A program made the position numbers and the translations under genes. A stretch of 64,000 nucleotides of DNA. Origin: Octopus sinensis (Eukaryota). A model generated the notes under the pieces. It saw only the letters and a program-made list of their open reading frames with translations. It had not been told where the DNA came from and ran no database searches. Shown piece by piece: positions 37,956-51,138 of the stretch (position 1 is the first letter of the stretch; each line of letters opens with the position of its first letter). The stretch is taken from the NCBI RefSeq assembly GCF_006345805.1, contig NC_042998.1:204352001-204416000 (forward strand), written 5' to 3'.

Positions 37956-38454
37956 GTCTGTGTTGGCAGGATCTGAGGTGGCAACAGTTACAATCAAATG
38001 TAAATTCCTTGTTACCATCGAAAACCACTTTTAGTTCTGTAGATGTAAACCCATCACAGAATGATTGATTTCGTTCTATGCCCCATCTCTGTGACACGGT
38101 GTTGGATGATGAGGAAAACCGATGAATGCTAATTGTGGCTCAGCATGTCTTGCATAACCGTGGCCACCACGTTGGTGCCACTCTTGTTCACATGCAGTTT
38201 TTTTTATGTTTCTTGTATGGCACACATAAAGTGATTCCTGTTGTATATATTACATCTGTGGGTGTGTGTCCCCCAACATTACATGTATGTTACACATATA
38301 TCATGTATCAAATATATGGATTGTCCTTACATAATCTTTACATTCAACTCTGTTGTTTACTGTAACATGCGTGGTGCTTCCTGTCTATACTCTCGTATTA
38401 TAAATAGAGTTTCGTAAGATAACCTGGTAACATCATTCGTTAAGAGGAAAATAA

Positions 38455-38920
38455 GATGTTGACACCTGTGCCGGTGGCACATAAAAAGCACCATCCGAAC
38501 GTGGCCATTGCCAGCGCCGCCTCGACTGGCTTCTGTGCCGGTGGCACATAAAAAGCACCATCCAAACGTGGCTGTTGCCAGCGCCGCCTCGACTGGTTTC
38601 TGTGCCGGTGGCACATAAAAAGCACCATCTGAACATGGCCGATGCCAGCGCTGCCTTGGATGGCTTCCGTGCCGGTGGCACGTTAAAAGCACCAACCGAT
38701 CGTGACCAATGCCGGGCTCCCCTGGCACCTGTGCAGGTGGTACGTAAAAAGCATCCACTACACTCGCGGAGTGGTTGGCGTTAGGAAGGGCATCCAGCTG
38801 TAGAAACCCTGCCAGATCAGACTGGAGCCTGGTGCAGCTTCCTGGTTTCCCAGACCCCGGTCAAACCGTCCAACACGTGCTAGCGCGGAAAATGGACGTT
38901 AAACGATGATGATGATGATA
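38455..38920 (+). mobile_element. RTE LINE 3' UTR with internal tandem repeats
   Basis: Repeated gtgccggtggcacataaaaagcacca units about 67 bp apart, then the conserved terminal block and (GAT)n. Confidence 0.8.
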
Positions 38921-38924
38921 ATAT

Positions 38925-38932
38925 GTATATAC

Positions 38933-38964
<32 letters not shown>

Positions 38965-39266
38965 GTATATATATATATATTATATATATATATATATATG
39001 TATAGGTATGTAAATATATGTATGTATATGTATAGGTATGTAAATATATGTATGTATATGTATAGGTATGTAAATATATGTATGTATATGTATAGGTATG
39101 TAAATATATGTATGTATGTATGTATATGTATAGGTATGTAAAATATGTATGTATATGTGTGTATATATGTAAATATATGTATGTATATGTGTGTATATAT
39201 GTAATATATGTATGTATGTATATGTGTGTATATATGTATATATATATATATAGGTATGTATGTATG

Positions 39267-39310
<44 letters not shown>

Positions 39311-39621
39311 GGTATGTAAATATATGTATGTATATGTATAGGTATGTAATATATGTATGTATATGTATAGGTATGTAAATATATGTATGTATATGTATAG
39401 GTATGTAAATATATGTATGTATATGTATAGGTATGTAAATATATGTATGTATATGTGTGTATATATGTAAATATATGTATGTATGTACATGTGTGTATAT
39501 ATGTATATATATATATATAGGTATGTATGTATGTATATATATATATATGTATAGGTATGTATGTAGATACGTATAGGTATGTATGTAGATACGTATAGGT
39601 ATCTATGTATATACGTATAGG

Positions 39622-39665
<44 letters not shown>
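38925..39665. repeat. TA-derived 30-bp minisatellite (ATGTATGTATATGTATAGGTATGTAAATAT) plus (TA)n
   Basis: Exact 30-bp period at 39001-39110 and 39361-39450. Confidence 0.9.
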
Positions 39666-39666
<1 letters not shown>

Positions 39667-40418
39667 TGTTGTCTTGTGAGAGTCATTATGCCAATGACAG
39701 TAACACTCACCTGTGCATGTGTTACCATTGGTGTAATGACTCTCCTCAGACTCAACAAAATTTGTTTCAACACATGAATTCACATCAAGAATCTTGCAAA
39801 CCAAACACAAAAAGTGTGTAGATACATAAGAAGCCCAGGCATGACTGTGCGGCTAAGAAAGTCAGTCCTGGGTTCAGTCCCATTGCACAACACCTTAGGC
39901 AAGTCTTTTCTACTAATAACCCCAGATTGACTTAAACGCCTTTGTTAGTGGATTTGGTAGATGGAAACTGAAACAAACTGTTGTGTGTGTGTGTGTGTAA
40001 CCCTCTCCTGAAATTCCGTGATGATTGTAAGCATGCATCCGAGTCATATGAGTGGTGTCATTCATCTGGCCCTGGAGGGGAAATATTACCTTATCTTGGA
40101 GACAGGTGAGTGTTGGCCACTGAAAAGGCATCCAGCTTTAGAAAATCTCCCTCAACAAATTCCACCTGACCCTTGCAAACATGAAACAGTGATGATGATG
40201 ATGATAAAAGTTTAATTAGAGCTAGAAATCATTTCTTACTTAATTACTGACATAACTGATTTCAGAAAGAAACAGTACTGGGGTCGATTTCTTTGATCAA
40301 AATCATTTTAGGCCTTGCCCCAGCATGGCCTGAGTCTGATGACTGAAGCAAGTAAAAAAAAATGATGTACCACCTGTCGTCACACACGAAAGCTCTTTTA
40401 ATAATAATTTCAAAATGT

Positions 40419-40787
40419 TTGCAGCGTGGAAGGTGTTTGTAAGCCATTTAAGAAACACACAAAAACTGTTAGATTCACTTCAACATTTAAATTTTATTTG
40501 TCAAAATATTTTCATCGCTTTGAGATGCAGCACGGAGTTTTGTCAGTAAACAGGTCGCAGTCTCAAATTTTGTCAGTGAACAGGTCGCAGTCTCAAATTT
40601 TGTCAGTAAACAGGTCGCAGTCTCAAATTTTGTCAGTGAACAGGTCGTGGTCTCAAATTTTGTCAGTGAACAGGTCGCAGTCTCAAAACGATGAAAATAT
40701 TTTGACAAATTAAATTTAAATGTTGAAGTGAATCTAACGGTTTTTGTATGTTTCTTAGATGGCTTATAAACACCTTCCACGCTGCAA
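40419..40787. mobile_element. Fold-back element: 107-bp inverted arms enclosing five 30-bp tandem repeats; probably Penelope-like
   Basis: 40419-40525 is the reverse complement of 40681-40787 with a few mismatches; repeat unit TTTTGTCAGTRAACAGGTCGCAGTCTCAAA. Confidence 0.8.
40659..40709 (+). ncRNA. Hammerhead-like fold with G3:C8 swapped core
   Basis: UUUGUCA-GUGAACA-G-GUCG(11 nt)CGAU-GAAA-AUAU-UU-UGACAAA: 7-bp stem I, 4-bp stem II, palindromic AAAUAUUU stem III. Confidence 0.55.
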
Positions 40788-41292
40788 TTGTTTTCGTTCC
40801 AGCACACGATCTCAGATCAGGTCACTCGCTATGCAAGTACATCTCCATAATTTAGAATGTTTGTTGTCCTAAAATTTTCTAACGTATCATGAGGTAATTA
40901 TGCAAATGGAATCCTTTTCGTTTCACATTGAAATCACTCACAAGAACCGGTTGTCTCTGCTCTCTTGGTTTTATCTCTTACAACACAGAGAAGCCAAGAG
41001 ACACATGTGGCATTATGTAGTTTTGGATGGGGAGGGAGGGAGGGATTAATAGTGGTGGTTGTAGTAGTAGTAGTAGTAGCAATGTTGTCAAAATCTCGGT
41101 AAAGATTTTAATTTGGTTCTTCTTCGTTTCATTCTTTTTCTTTTTTGTCTATTTTAATTCCAACTGTGGATGCTTGTTATGTTGGTGCTGGGGCCTCATG
41201 CGTTTCTTATTCAAAAGAACTTAACAATCAGCGGGACTGGTTCCCTCAATGAAGTCTTCTGCTATCAATGTGTGTGTGTGTGTGTGTGACTG

Positions 41293-41600
41293 AAGGCATG
41301 TGGCTTAGTGGTTTGGGGATTTGGTTTATGATCGTAAGGTCATGAGTTCAATTCCCGGTAGCACATTGTGTCCTTGAGCAAGACTCTTTATTTCATGTTG
41401 CTCCAATCCACTCAACTGGCAAAAATGAGTTGTACCTGTATTTGAAAAAGGGGCCAGCTTTGTTACATTCTGTGTCACATTGAGTCTCCCAAAGAACTAT
41501 GTAAAGGGTATGCATGTCTTTGGAATACTCAGCCACTTGCATGTTAATTTCACGAGCAGGCTGTTCCATTGATTGGCTCAACTGGACCACTCATAGGCCA
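41293..41600 (+). mobile_element. tRNA-derived SINE, minor family
   Basis: TGGCTTAGTGG ... GAGTTCAATTCCC head; a related minus-strand copy at 47340-47855 is interrupted by a family B SINE (47607-47840). Confidence 0.7.
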
Positions 41601-42256
41601 GTTTTAAATGTCTACAAAAATCCATTTACTCTAGTATAGTGCGCACACACACACCACCCCACAGCCCTTCCCTGTAGATTGGCATGGGAAGAACTCCAAG
41701 ACAGAGCTTCTGCTAAGTTCTTTAATATCACCATCCTGCCACATTTTCAGCCAAGATGAATGAAATCTTTCAGACTACAACCGCACACATTTCATTCGTT
41801 AGTATTACTAACCGTCCCGAAAAACTCATTGACACATTCGCAATTAAACTGTGTTCATTTCCTCCGGGTTTTTTCTTTCCTTTTGTTTTTTTTTAAAGAC
41901 GTGAAGGGAGAGGTGGGGGGGGGGTCTTTTAAATATATTTGTGTGGTTGGCATTGAAGAGCCTCGTTGTACAAGATGGCTATTTAATGACTGCAGCGTGT
42001 GTTTGTGTAGTTGGCATCAACAACAACACCAGCACCACCAGCAGCACCAGCAGCACCACCACCGGCGGCAGCAGCAGGCATTGCTTGGTATTTGTTTAAT
42101 GATAATCACAGGCAGAGTTTGTTTGTGGAAATATTTCTTGAATAACAGCAGATTATCAGATAAGAATCTGTAGTCTTGGGGTTCCAACATTCAGGTTAGT
42201 AACCAGTGCTGTTCACAGTTTCCAGGTAAACACACTCTGTGGCTGTGTGTTGTGTT

Positions 42257-43345
42257 TATATATAATATATATATATATATATAGATATATATATATATAT
42301 GTATGTATGTATATTATATGTATGTATGTATATTATATGTATGTATGTATATTATATGTATGTATGTTATATTATATATATAGATATATATATATATTAT
42401 AATATATATTATATATATGGTATATATATATATATTGTATATATAATATATTGTATATATATGTATATTATATATATGTATATTATATATATATATTATA
42501 TATATATATATATATTGTATATATATTATATTATATATATATATATTGTATATATATATATATATTGTATATATATATATATATATTGTATATATATGTA
42601 TATGATATATATATATATTATATATATATATATATATATATTGTAATATATGTATATATATATATATATATATATTGTATATATATATATATATTGTATA
42701 TATATGTATATTGTATATATATGTATATTATATATATATATTATAATGTATATATATGTATATTATATATTTATAATATTATATATGTATATATATATAT
42801 TATATAGATATATGTATATTATATATGTTGTTATATATGTATATTATATTATATATATATATTATATATGTATATATATGTATATTGTATATATATATGT
42901 TATATTATATATATATGTATATTATATATATATGTTATATATATATTATATATGTATTATATGTATATTATATATATATATATATATATATTATATATGT
43001 ATATATATGTATATTATATATATGTAGATATATATATATATGTATATATATGTATATTATATATATATATATATATATATTATATATGTATATATATGTA
43101 TATTATAATATATATATATATATATATTATATGTTATATATGTATATTATTATATATAGTATATATAGTATATTATATATATCTATATATATATATATTA
43201 TATATATATAATATATATATATGTATGTATGTATATTGTATGTATGTTATGTATATATATATTATGTATGGATATATGTATATTATATAATATATATAGA
43301 TATATATATAGATATATAATATATGTATGATATAGTATATTATTA

Positions 43346-43378
<33 letters not shown>

Positions 43379-43513
43379 GTATATAGTAAAGAAAAATAAG
43401 TTGGCTAGCAGCAAGCTGTTTCGCCTCATACCGAAGCTGTTTCGATATATATATATATATATATATAGATATATTATATGTAGATATATAAATATATTTA
43501 TATATATATATAT

Positions 43514-43552
<39 letters not shown>

Positions 43553-44900
43553 ATATATATATATAATATATATATATTATATGTTATATATATATATATA
43601 TATATATAGCTATATATATATATATATATATTATATATATGTATATATATAATATTATATGTGTATATATACATAATATATACATTATATATATTATATA
43701 TATGTATATTATATATATATTATATATATGTATATATATATATATTATATGTGTATATATACATATATTATACATATATATATATTATATATATGTTATA
43801 TATATATATATATTATATTATAGTATATATATTATTTGATGTATATATACATATATATATAATATTATATATATATATATGTATATATTATAATTATATA
43901 TATGTATATATATATATATATTATATGTGTATATATACTATATATTACATATCTATATATTATTATATGTTATATATATATATATATATATTATATATAT
44001 GTATATATATATATATATTATATGTTATATATCATATAGATATACATATATATATTATCTATATTATATTATATATATATTATATGTGTATATATACATA
44101 TATATATACAATATATATATTATATATATGTATATATATATATATATTATATATATGTATATATATATATATATTAATGTGTATATACATATATATATAC
44201 ATATATTATTATATATATGTATATATATATATTATTAGTATATATATGTATATAATATATATATTATATGTTATATATACTATCTATATACATATATAAT
44301 ATATTATATATATGTCTATATATATATATTATATATCTGTATATATATATATAGTATATGTGTATATTATATATATCATACATATATATATATTAATACT
44401 ATATTATATATATATATCATATTAGATCTTTATATATCTCTATATATCGTATCCTATGTATATATATATAACTTATATATGTATATATATATTTATATAT
44501 GTATATCTATATATTATATATGTATATATACCTACAAGATATATTATATCTGTATATATATCTATTATATATGTATATATATATATTATATATGTATATA
44601 TTATAATATATATATTATATATATATATATATATATATGTATATACATATATATATACATATATATATATTATATATGTATATATACATATATATATAGT
44701 ATAATATATATTATATATGTATATATACATATATATATACATATATATATATTATATATGTATATACATATATATATATCATATATATATATTATATATG
44801 TATATATACATATATATATCCATATTATATATATTATATATGTATATATACATATATATGTATAGATATATATATTATATTGTATATATACATATATATG

Positions 44901-44937
<37 letters not shown>

Positions 44938-45552
44938 GCTATATATATATATTATATGTATAGATACCATATATATATCACAATATATATATTAATATGT
45001 ATATATACTATTATGTATATATATATATTATATATGTATATATACATATATATATATACATTATATATATTATATATGTATAATACATATATATAAGTAT
45101 TATATATATATTATATATGTATATAGACATATATATATATACATATATTAATATTATATAGATTATATATGTGTTATATAATTATATAGATATATACACA
45201 TACATAATATATACAAATATTATATATGTATATTATAAATGATTTGTATATATATGTATAATTATATATTGTTGTAGATTATATATATATATATATATTA
45301 TTATATATATGATTATATATAATATATGTATATTATATATGTATATTATATATGTATATTATATATGTATATTAATATGTATATTATATATTGTCTATTA
45401 TAAATGCATATGTATATTATCTATGTATATATTATATATTATATTATATAATATAGATATATATATATGTATATTATAAATGCATTTGTATATATATGTA
45501 TATTATATCTATATATATATATATATCTATATATATATTAATATAATATATT
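42257..45552. repeat. 3.3-kb degenerate (TA)n low-complexity tract
   Basis: Seen directly; a single ~60-bp complex island at 43386-43445. Confidence 0.95.
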
Positions 45553-46178
45553 ACAACACACACACCACACCCACAGAGTGACTGTAATATCAGATACTAA
45601 ATGTCTTTCCCAGTTGGTGCTATTAAGTTAGCTATGGCTTGGGCCAATTCTGGCCAAAACTTTTCTACATATTCCATATATGTATATAAATGTGTGTGTG
45701 TGCATGAGAGAGAGGGGTGCCCTAATAACTGAATCACAAAATTGCTAGAACTCCACAAGTGTTTATCTTCCATCATAAATGTTTCATTAGGCGAAATCAT
45801 TCCACAAAATTGCCAAAGCTGTTCGTGTGACCTTTCCAATATAACCACTACAGCATGCATAAAGACTCTCGTAAAGGCCTTTTTAAGTACCTCAATTGTC
45901 ATATAATAGGTGCAGGCGTTCCTGTGTAGTAAGAAGCCTGCTTACCCACTGCATGGCTCTAGATTCAGTTCCACTGTGGCACTTTGGGCAAATGTCTTCT
46001 ACTGTCACCTTGGGTCGACCTAAGCCTTGTGAGTGGGATTGGTTGAAGGAAACTGAAATGAAACCCATCGTGTGTGTGTGTGTGTGCATTTCTCTTCAAC
46101 CACTGCTTGACAACCAATGTTTTTCAGCAAAGGAGATCAACAGAATCAGTGTTTGGCTTTAAACAACAAAACAACTCC

Positions 46179-46650
46179 TCGGGTTCTCTTGCTTGTGTGG
46201 CATGGTGCAGAGTCCTGTTGCCAGACATAGGGTCTCCCAGCAGCCACTCTCTTGATCCAGGGCAACACTATCTCCTCCAGATATTTGATGTAGGCCTCCG
46301 TGTTGAGTGTGAGGTCGTGTGGGGAGATGAATGGAGGCATAACATCACGATCACTCCAGACACCATGATGTTGATTGGATGTTTGATTTTTATCACTCTC
46401 GGTCCATGTCCTCAGATTGATACCCAAACGCTCTGAAACATTTGTATTGGAGCTTCCAACACAAATGCCAAACAGTACAGGATGACATTTCCAAATTTCT
46501 GGCAGAGGGAATTGCATCATAGTGCTGTGTTTTCCACAGATGGTGCATAACTGACCCTACTATACTGTGTAGTCGACAAAATCAAAAACAAACAATGCGC
46601 ATGTATGAAATTAAAAATATAAATTGGTGACAAATTACGTAAGTCACCCT
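46179..46650 (-). pseudogene. Tc1/mariner-superfamily transposase relic
   Basis: ORF segment VWSDRDVMPPFI...LNTEAYIKYLEEIVLPWIKRVAAGRPYVWQQDSAPCHTSKRT contains the QQDxAPxH second-catalytic-Asp motif; internally deleted. Confidence 0.85.
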
Positions 46651-46651
46651 A

Positions 46652-47252
46652 TCATCATCATCATCGTTTAACGTCCACTTTCCATGCTAGCTTGGGTTGG
46701 ACGATTTCACTGAGGACTGGCAAACCAGATGGCTGCACCAGGCTCCAATCTTGATCTGTCAGAGTTTTTACTGCTGGATGCCCTTCCTAACGCCAACCAC
46801 TCCAAGAGTGTAGTGGGTGCTCTTTACATGCCACCAGAGGGCCAGTGAGGCGGTACTCGCAACAGCCACGCTCAAATGGTGTTTTTTACATGCCACCTGC
46901 ACAGGAGCCATTCCAGCAGCACTGGCAACGACCTTGCTCAAATGTTTTTTTCATGCGCCACCAACACAAGTACTAGTAAGGCAACGCTGGTAGCAATCAC
47001 GCTTGAATGGAGCTTGTTACGTGCCACCGGCCCGGAAGCCAGTTGGCCGCTCTGGCAATGATCACATTTGCATGGTGCTTTTTGCGCTCCACTAGCACGG
47101 ATGCCTGTCATCGTATTTGATTTCGATTTCACTTGCCTCAACAGGTCTTCGCAAACAGAGTTTAGTGTCCAATGAAGGAAAGGCACACATAAGCCACAGG
47201 TTATGGTCTCATTTGGCTTGCCGGGTCTTCTCAAGCACAGCATATTTCCAAA
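46652..47252 (-). mobile_element. RTE LINE 3' end
   Basis: Colinear with 49976-50592. Confidence 0.8.
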
Positions 47253-48423
47253 ATATACATATATACGCACGCACACAATATACATACTTAGATGTGTTTG
47301 TGTGTGTATATATAACAAACTAGCACTCCATCGATTACTTTGATCTGATCAATGGAACAGCCTGCTCGTGAAAGTAATATGCAAGCGGCTGAGTACACCA
47401 CATACACACGTACCCTTAACGTAGTTCTCAAGGAGTTTTGCATGTTACAGAATGTGACAATGCTGGCCCCTTTGAATTACTGGTACAACTCATTTTTACC
47501 AGCTGAATGGACTGAAGCAACGAGAAATGAAGTGTCTTGCTCAAGGACACAAAGCACCACCAGGGATTGAACTCCCGACCTTAGGATTCTGAATCGAATA
47601 CACTAACCTATTTCTTTACTACCCACAAGGGGCTAAGCACAGAGAGGACAAACAAGGACAGACAAACGGATTAAGTCAATTATATCGACCCCAGTGCATA
47701 ACTGGTACTTAATTTATCGACCCCGAAAGGATGAAAGGCAAAGTCGACCTCGGCGGAATTTGAACTCAGAACGTAACAACAGACGAAATACTACTAAGTA
47801 TTTCGCCCGGTGTGCTAACATTTCTGCCAGCTGGCCGCCTTAACCACTAAGCCAAACACACACACACACACGTATAATGTGTGTGTGTGTGTGTGTGTAA
47901 TTTAATAAGATACTCTCTGCTCAATATAATGTGTGCTGGTCTCAGTTGAGGTTACTGAAAGAAGTCAGTGGTGGTGGTGGAGCGTGAGGGAGTGATCTCT
48001 GTTCTTTCTATCTCTTCAAGAACACGTGTTATATTGTGTGGCAGTGGAACAAGCCCACATTATGTGTTGTGAAGGGTTCCGACGATGAACTGACTGGCTG
48101 CATTGTTGGCCGGCGGCAGGAGCTGATGACTGGCACACACCGCTTGTGTGTGTGTGTGTGTGTATGGCACTTATGTGTATGGTGTATATACAGTAAGACG
48201 AGCGTGTGTACGTGTAGCATGTGTATACAGCAGGTGGAGCGTGTGTATGAATGTAGTGTCTGTGTGTGTATGTGTGTATGTGTATACAGTAGATGGAATG
48301 AAAGCTGTGTGTGTATATACGGTTGATGACGTCTACAATGTGGCATGTATAATGTGTATGGTGTATATACACAGTAGGTAGAGTCTATGTGTGTATGTAT
48401 GTGTGTGAGTGTGTATATATATT

Positions 48424-48455
<32 letters not shown>

Positions 48456-48553
48456 CATATGTATACGATATATATAAAGATATGTGTGTATATGCATACA
48501 CATATGTATGTATATATATATATATATACACACATACACACAGATATATACAC

Positions 48554-48588
<35 letters not shown>

Positions 48589-48611
48589 GATATACATATA
48601 CACAGATATAT

Positions 48612-48644
<33 letters not shown>

Positions 48645-49189
48645 CATACACGCACACAGATATATACACACACCCATATGTGTAGTAGGTGAGACATGTA
48701 TGGTGTGTGTGTGTGTGTGTGTGAAGATGATTAGTTTGAAGCCACACGTGTATATATATAAGAAGGCCTTTCATTTCTGGAAAGCAGTGTTTCTCAGTTT
48801 CCTCTTCAACAGAACAATACCAAGATTGTTGCCCCCGAATCTTGTGCGCTGGCGATGGATGCTCGCTTCTTCCACATTCTTTCTCTCTTCACCATTATTC
48901 CTTTTTAAGTACCCATTCAACAACACACACAAGTTGCTTCTTGTTATTCTTCATCTTCTCCTCATTCTCCTCCTCTTCCAACAAGACTTTCCATATATGT
49001 AAATCCGCTCTGGCACCATCTCTGTATTCTTTAACACATGTGTCAATCAGTAATTGCAGGTCAAAGGTTATTGGTTCGTGCATGTGTGTGTATCTGTGTG
49101 CGTGTGTGTAATATGTGAAGTGCTGGTAGAAACACAGCATTTCATTTTACAACCGTTTTATACTACCAAGTATTTCGAAGGTTCATAAT

Positions 49190-49655
49190 AAGGCATGGCT
49201 GTGTGGAAAGAAGCTTGCTTCCTAAACACATGGTCCCAGGTTCAGTCCCACTGCGTGGCACCTTGGGCAAGTGTCTTCTACCACAGCCTCAGACCAACCA
49301 AAGCCTTGTGAGTGGATTTGGTAGATGGAAACTGAAAGGAGCCTGACGTATGTATGTATATATATATATTATATATATATTTATATATATATATTGGATA
49401 AGTATTATCCCTTAGAGGGTTGGATCCACAACCCCTAACTTATTTGGTGTATATATATATTTGTTATTTGTGTCTGTGTTTGTCCCACCCACAGTCGCTT
49501 GACAACTGATGTTGATGTGTTTAGATCCCCGTGACATAGCGGTTTGGCTGAGGAGACCAATAGAATAAGTACTTGGCTTACAAAGAATAAGTCACCTAAA
49601 GACGGTGCTCCAGTATGGCTGCAGTCAATGACTGAAACAAATAAAAGAATAAAAA
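49190..49655 (+). mobile_element. Family A SINE with a ~55-bp insert in its (TA)n
   Basis: Head, core and tail are recognisable; insert at 49396-49449. Confidence 0.8.
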
Positions 49656-49975
49656 TACTGGGTCATATATTATGGTTGCAAAACACAATACCATGTCCCA
49701 ACCAGCAATTAATACGTACGCACTTGTTGCCCAGTCGATCTCTCTTTAAACTCAGTGGGTATTTAAGTAATGTGTAAGTAGATGGTTAATGGATTGGATG
49801 TGTTACTGAAGAAGGGGCAACAACTCCTGAGATATGTATATACACTCATCACCTATTTTCTCTATCTTCAATCACATTGTTTCCAGAGACAGATTCATAT
49901 ACAAAATGTCGTAACTTGCTGTCCTGGCTCTGACTATTATAGAAAATCTGTAGAGGTAACTTAAAATATATCATT

Positions 49976-50815
49976 ATCATCATCGTTTAACGTCTGCTTT
50001 CCATGCTGGCATGGGTTGGACGGTTTGACCGAGGACTGGCGAGCCACATGCCTACACCATGCTCCAATCTTGATCTGGCAGAGTTTCTACAGCTGGATGC
50101 CCTTCCTAACACCAACCACTCTGAGAGTGTAGTGGCTGCCTTTATGTATCACCGGCACGTGGGCCAGTCAGGCTGTACTAGTGACAGCCACGCTCAAATG
50201 GTGTTTTTTATGTGCCACCTGCACAGGGCACTGGTAACGACCTTGCTCAAATGTTGTTTTCAACATGCCACTGGCACAAGTGCCAATAAGGCGACTCTGG
50301 TAACAATCATGCTCGAATGGTGCTTTTTATATGCCACTGGCACGAGAGCCAGTCAGTGGCCCTGGCAACAATCACGTTCGGATGGTGCTATTAATGTACC
50401 ACTGGCACGGTTGCCAATCAGGTGATGCTGTCATCGGCCACATCAGCAAATTTTATTTTGATTGTGATTTCACTTACCTCAACAGGTCTTTGCAAGCAAA
50501 GTTTAGTGTCCAACGGAAGAAAGGTATGCATAGGCCACAGCTTATGGTCTCACTTGGTTTGCCAGGTCTTCTCATGTACAGCATATTTCCAAAGGTCTTG
50601 GTCACTAGTCATTGCCTCGGTGAGGCCCAATGTTCAAAGGTTGTGCTTCACCACCTCATCCCAAGTCTTCCTGGGTCTACCTCCTCCACAGATTCCCTCA
50701 ACTGCTAGGGTGTGACTCTTTTTCACACAGCTGTCCTCATCCATTCACACCACATGTCCATACCAGCGCAGTCGTCTCTCTTGCACACCACATCTGATGC
50801 TTCTTAAGTCTAGCT
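49976..50815 (-). pseudogene. RTE-clade LINE, 5'-truncated (ORF C-terminus plus 3' UTR)
   Basis: Minus-strand 50550-50815 reads IRCGVQERRLRWYGHVV*MDEDSCVKK...EGICGGGRPRKTWDEVVKHNL*TLGLTEAMTSDQDLWKYAV, the RTE RLRWxGHVxR...GRPRxxW signature; (GAT)n tail. Confidence 0.9.
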
Positions 50816-50917
50816 TGACCAATTTTTTTGTCAAATGAATCAACCCCACTACTTTTATATACAAAAGGCCTGCCCTGGGCACCATGTAATGCAGTGGTTC
50901 CCAACCCTTTTATTTAA

Positions 50918-51138
50918 CCCTTTCGTTACTAACCCGGCCAAAACCGGCTCTAGCTCTGTAGTACAAATGTCTTGTTTTCATAAGTTTTGCATCAAAATAT
51001 ACCACCAAACATTAGTTGCAATTTATATTTCTAACACTAGCTGAATGATAACGAAGTTATTTTACTAAATTCTTTGTTATATTTAAAATAATTGAAAGAA
51101 ACACAAAGCATCTCAAAATAAATACGGTAACGAAAGGG
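50918..51138. mobile_element. piggyBac-type MITE (TTAA TSD), nested in a hAT-like end
   Basis: TTAA|CCCTTTCGTTAC ... GTAACGAAAGGG|TTAA (12-bp perfect TIR); upstream CAGTGGTTCCCAACC at 50892 resembles hAT/Charlie TIRs. Confidence 0.85.

Noticed and set aside
48021-48145. Possible common phase-0 exon (NTCYIVWQWNKPTLCVVKGSDDELTG...)
   Set aside because: Only a moderate AAG acceptor, no clear donor before the (TG)n tract, and the peptide is not recognisable.
32631-48774. Many YIYI/HTHT ORFs up to 276 aa
   Set aside because: Stop-free translations of (TA)n/(CA)n microsatellites.
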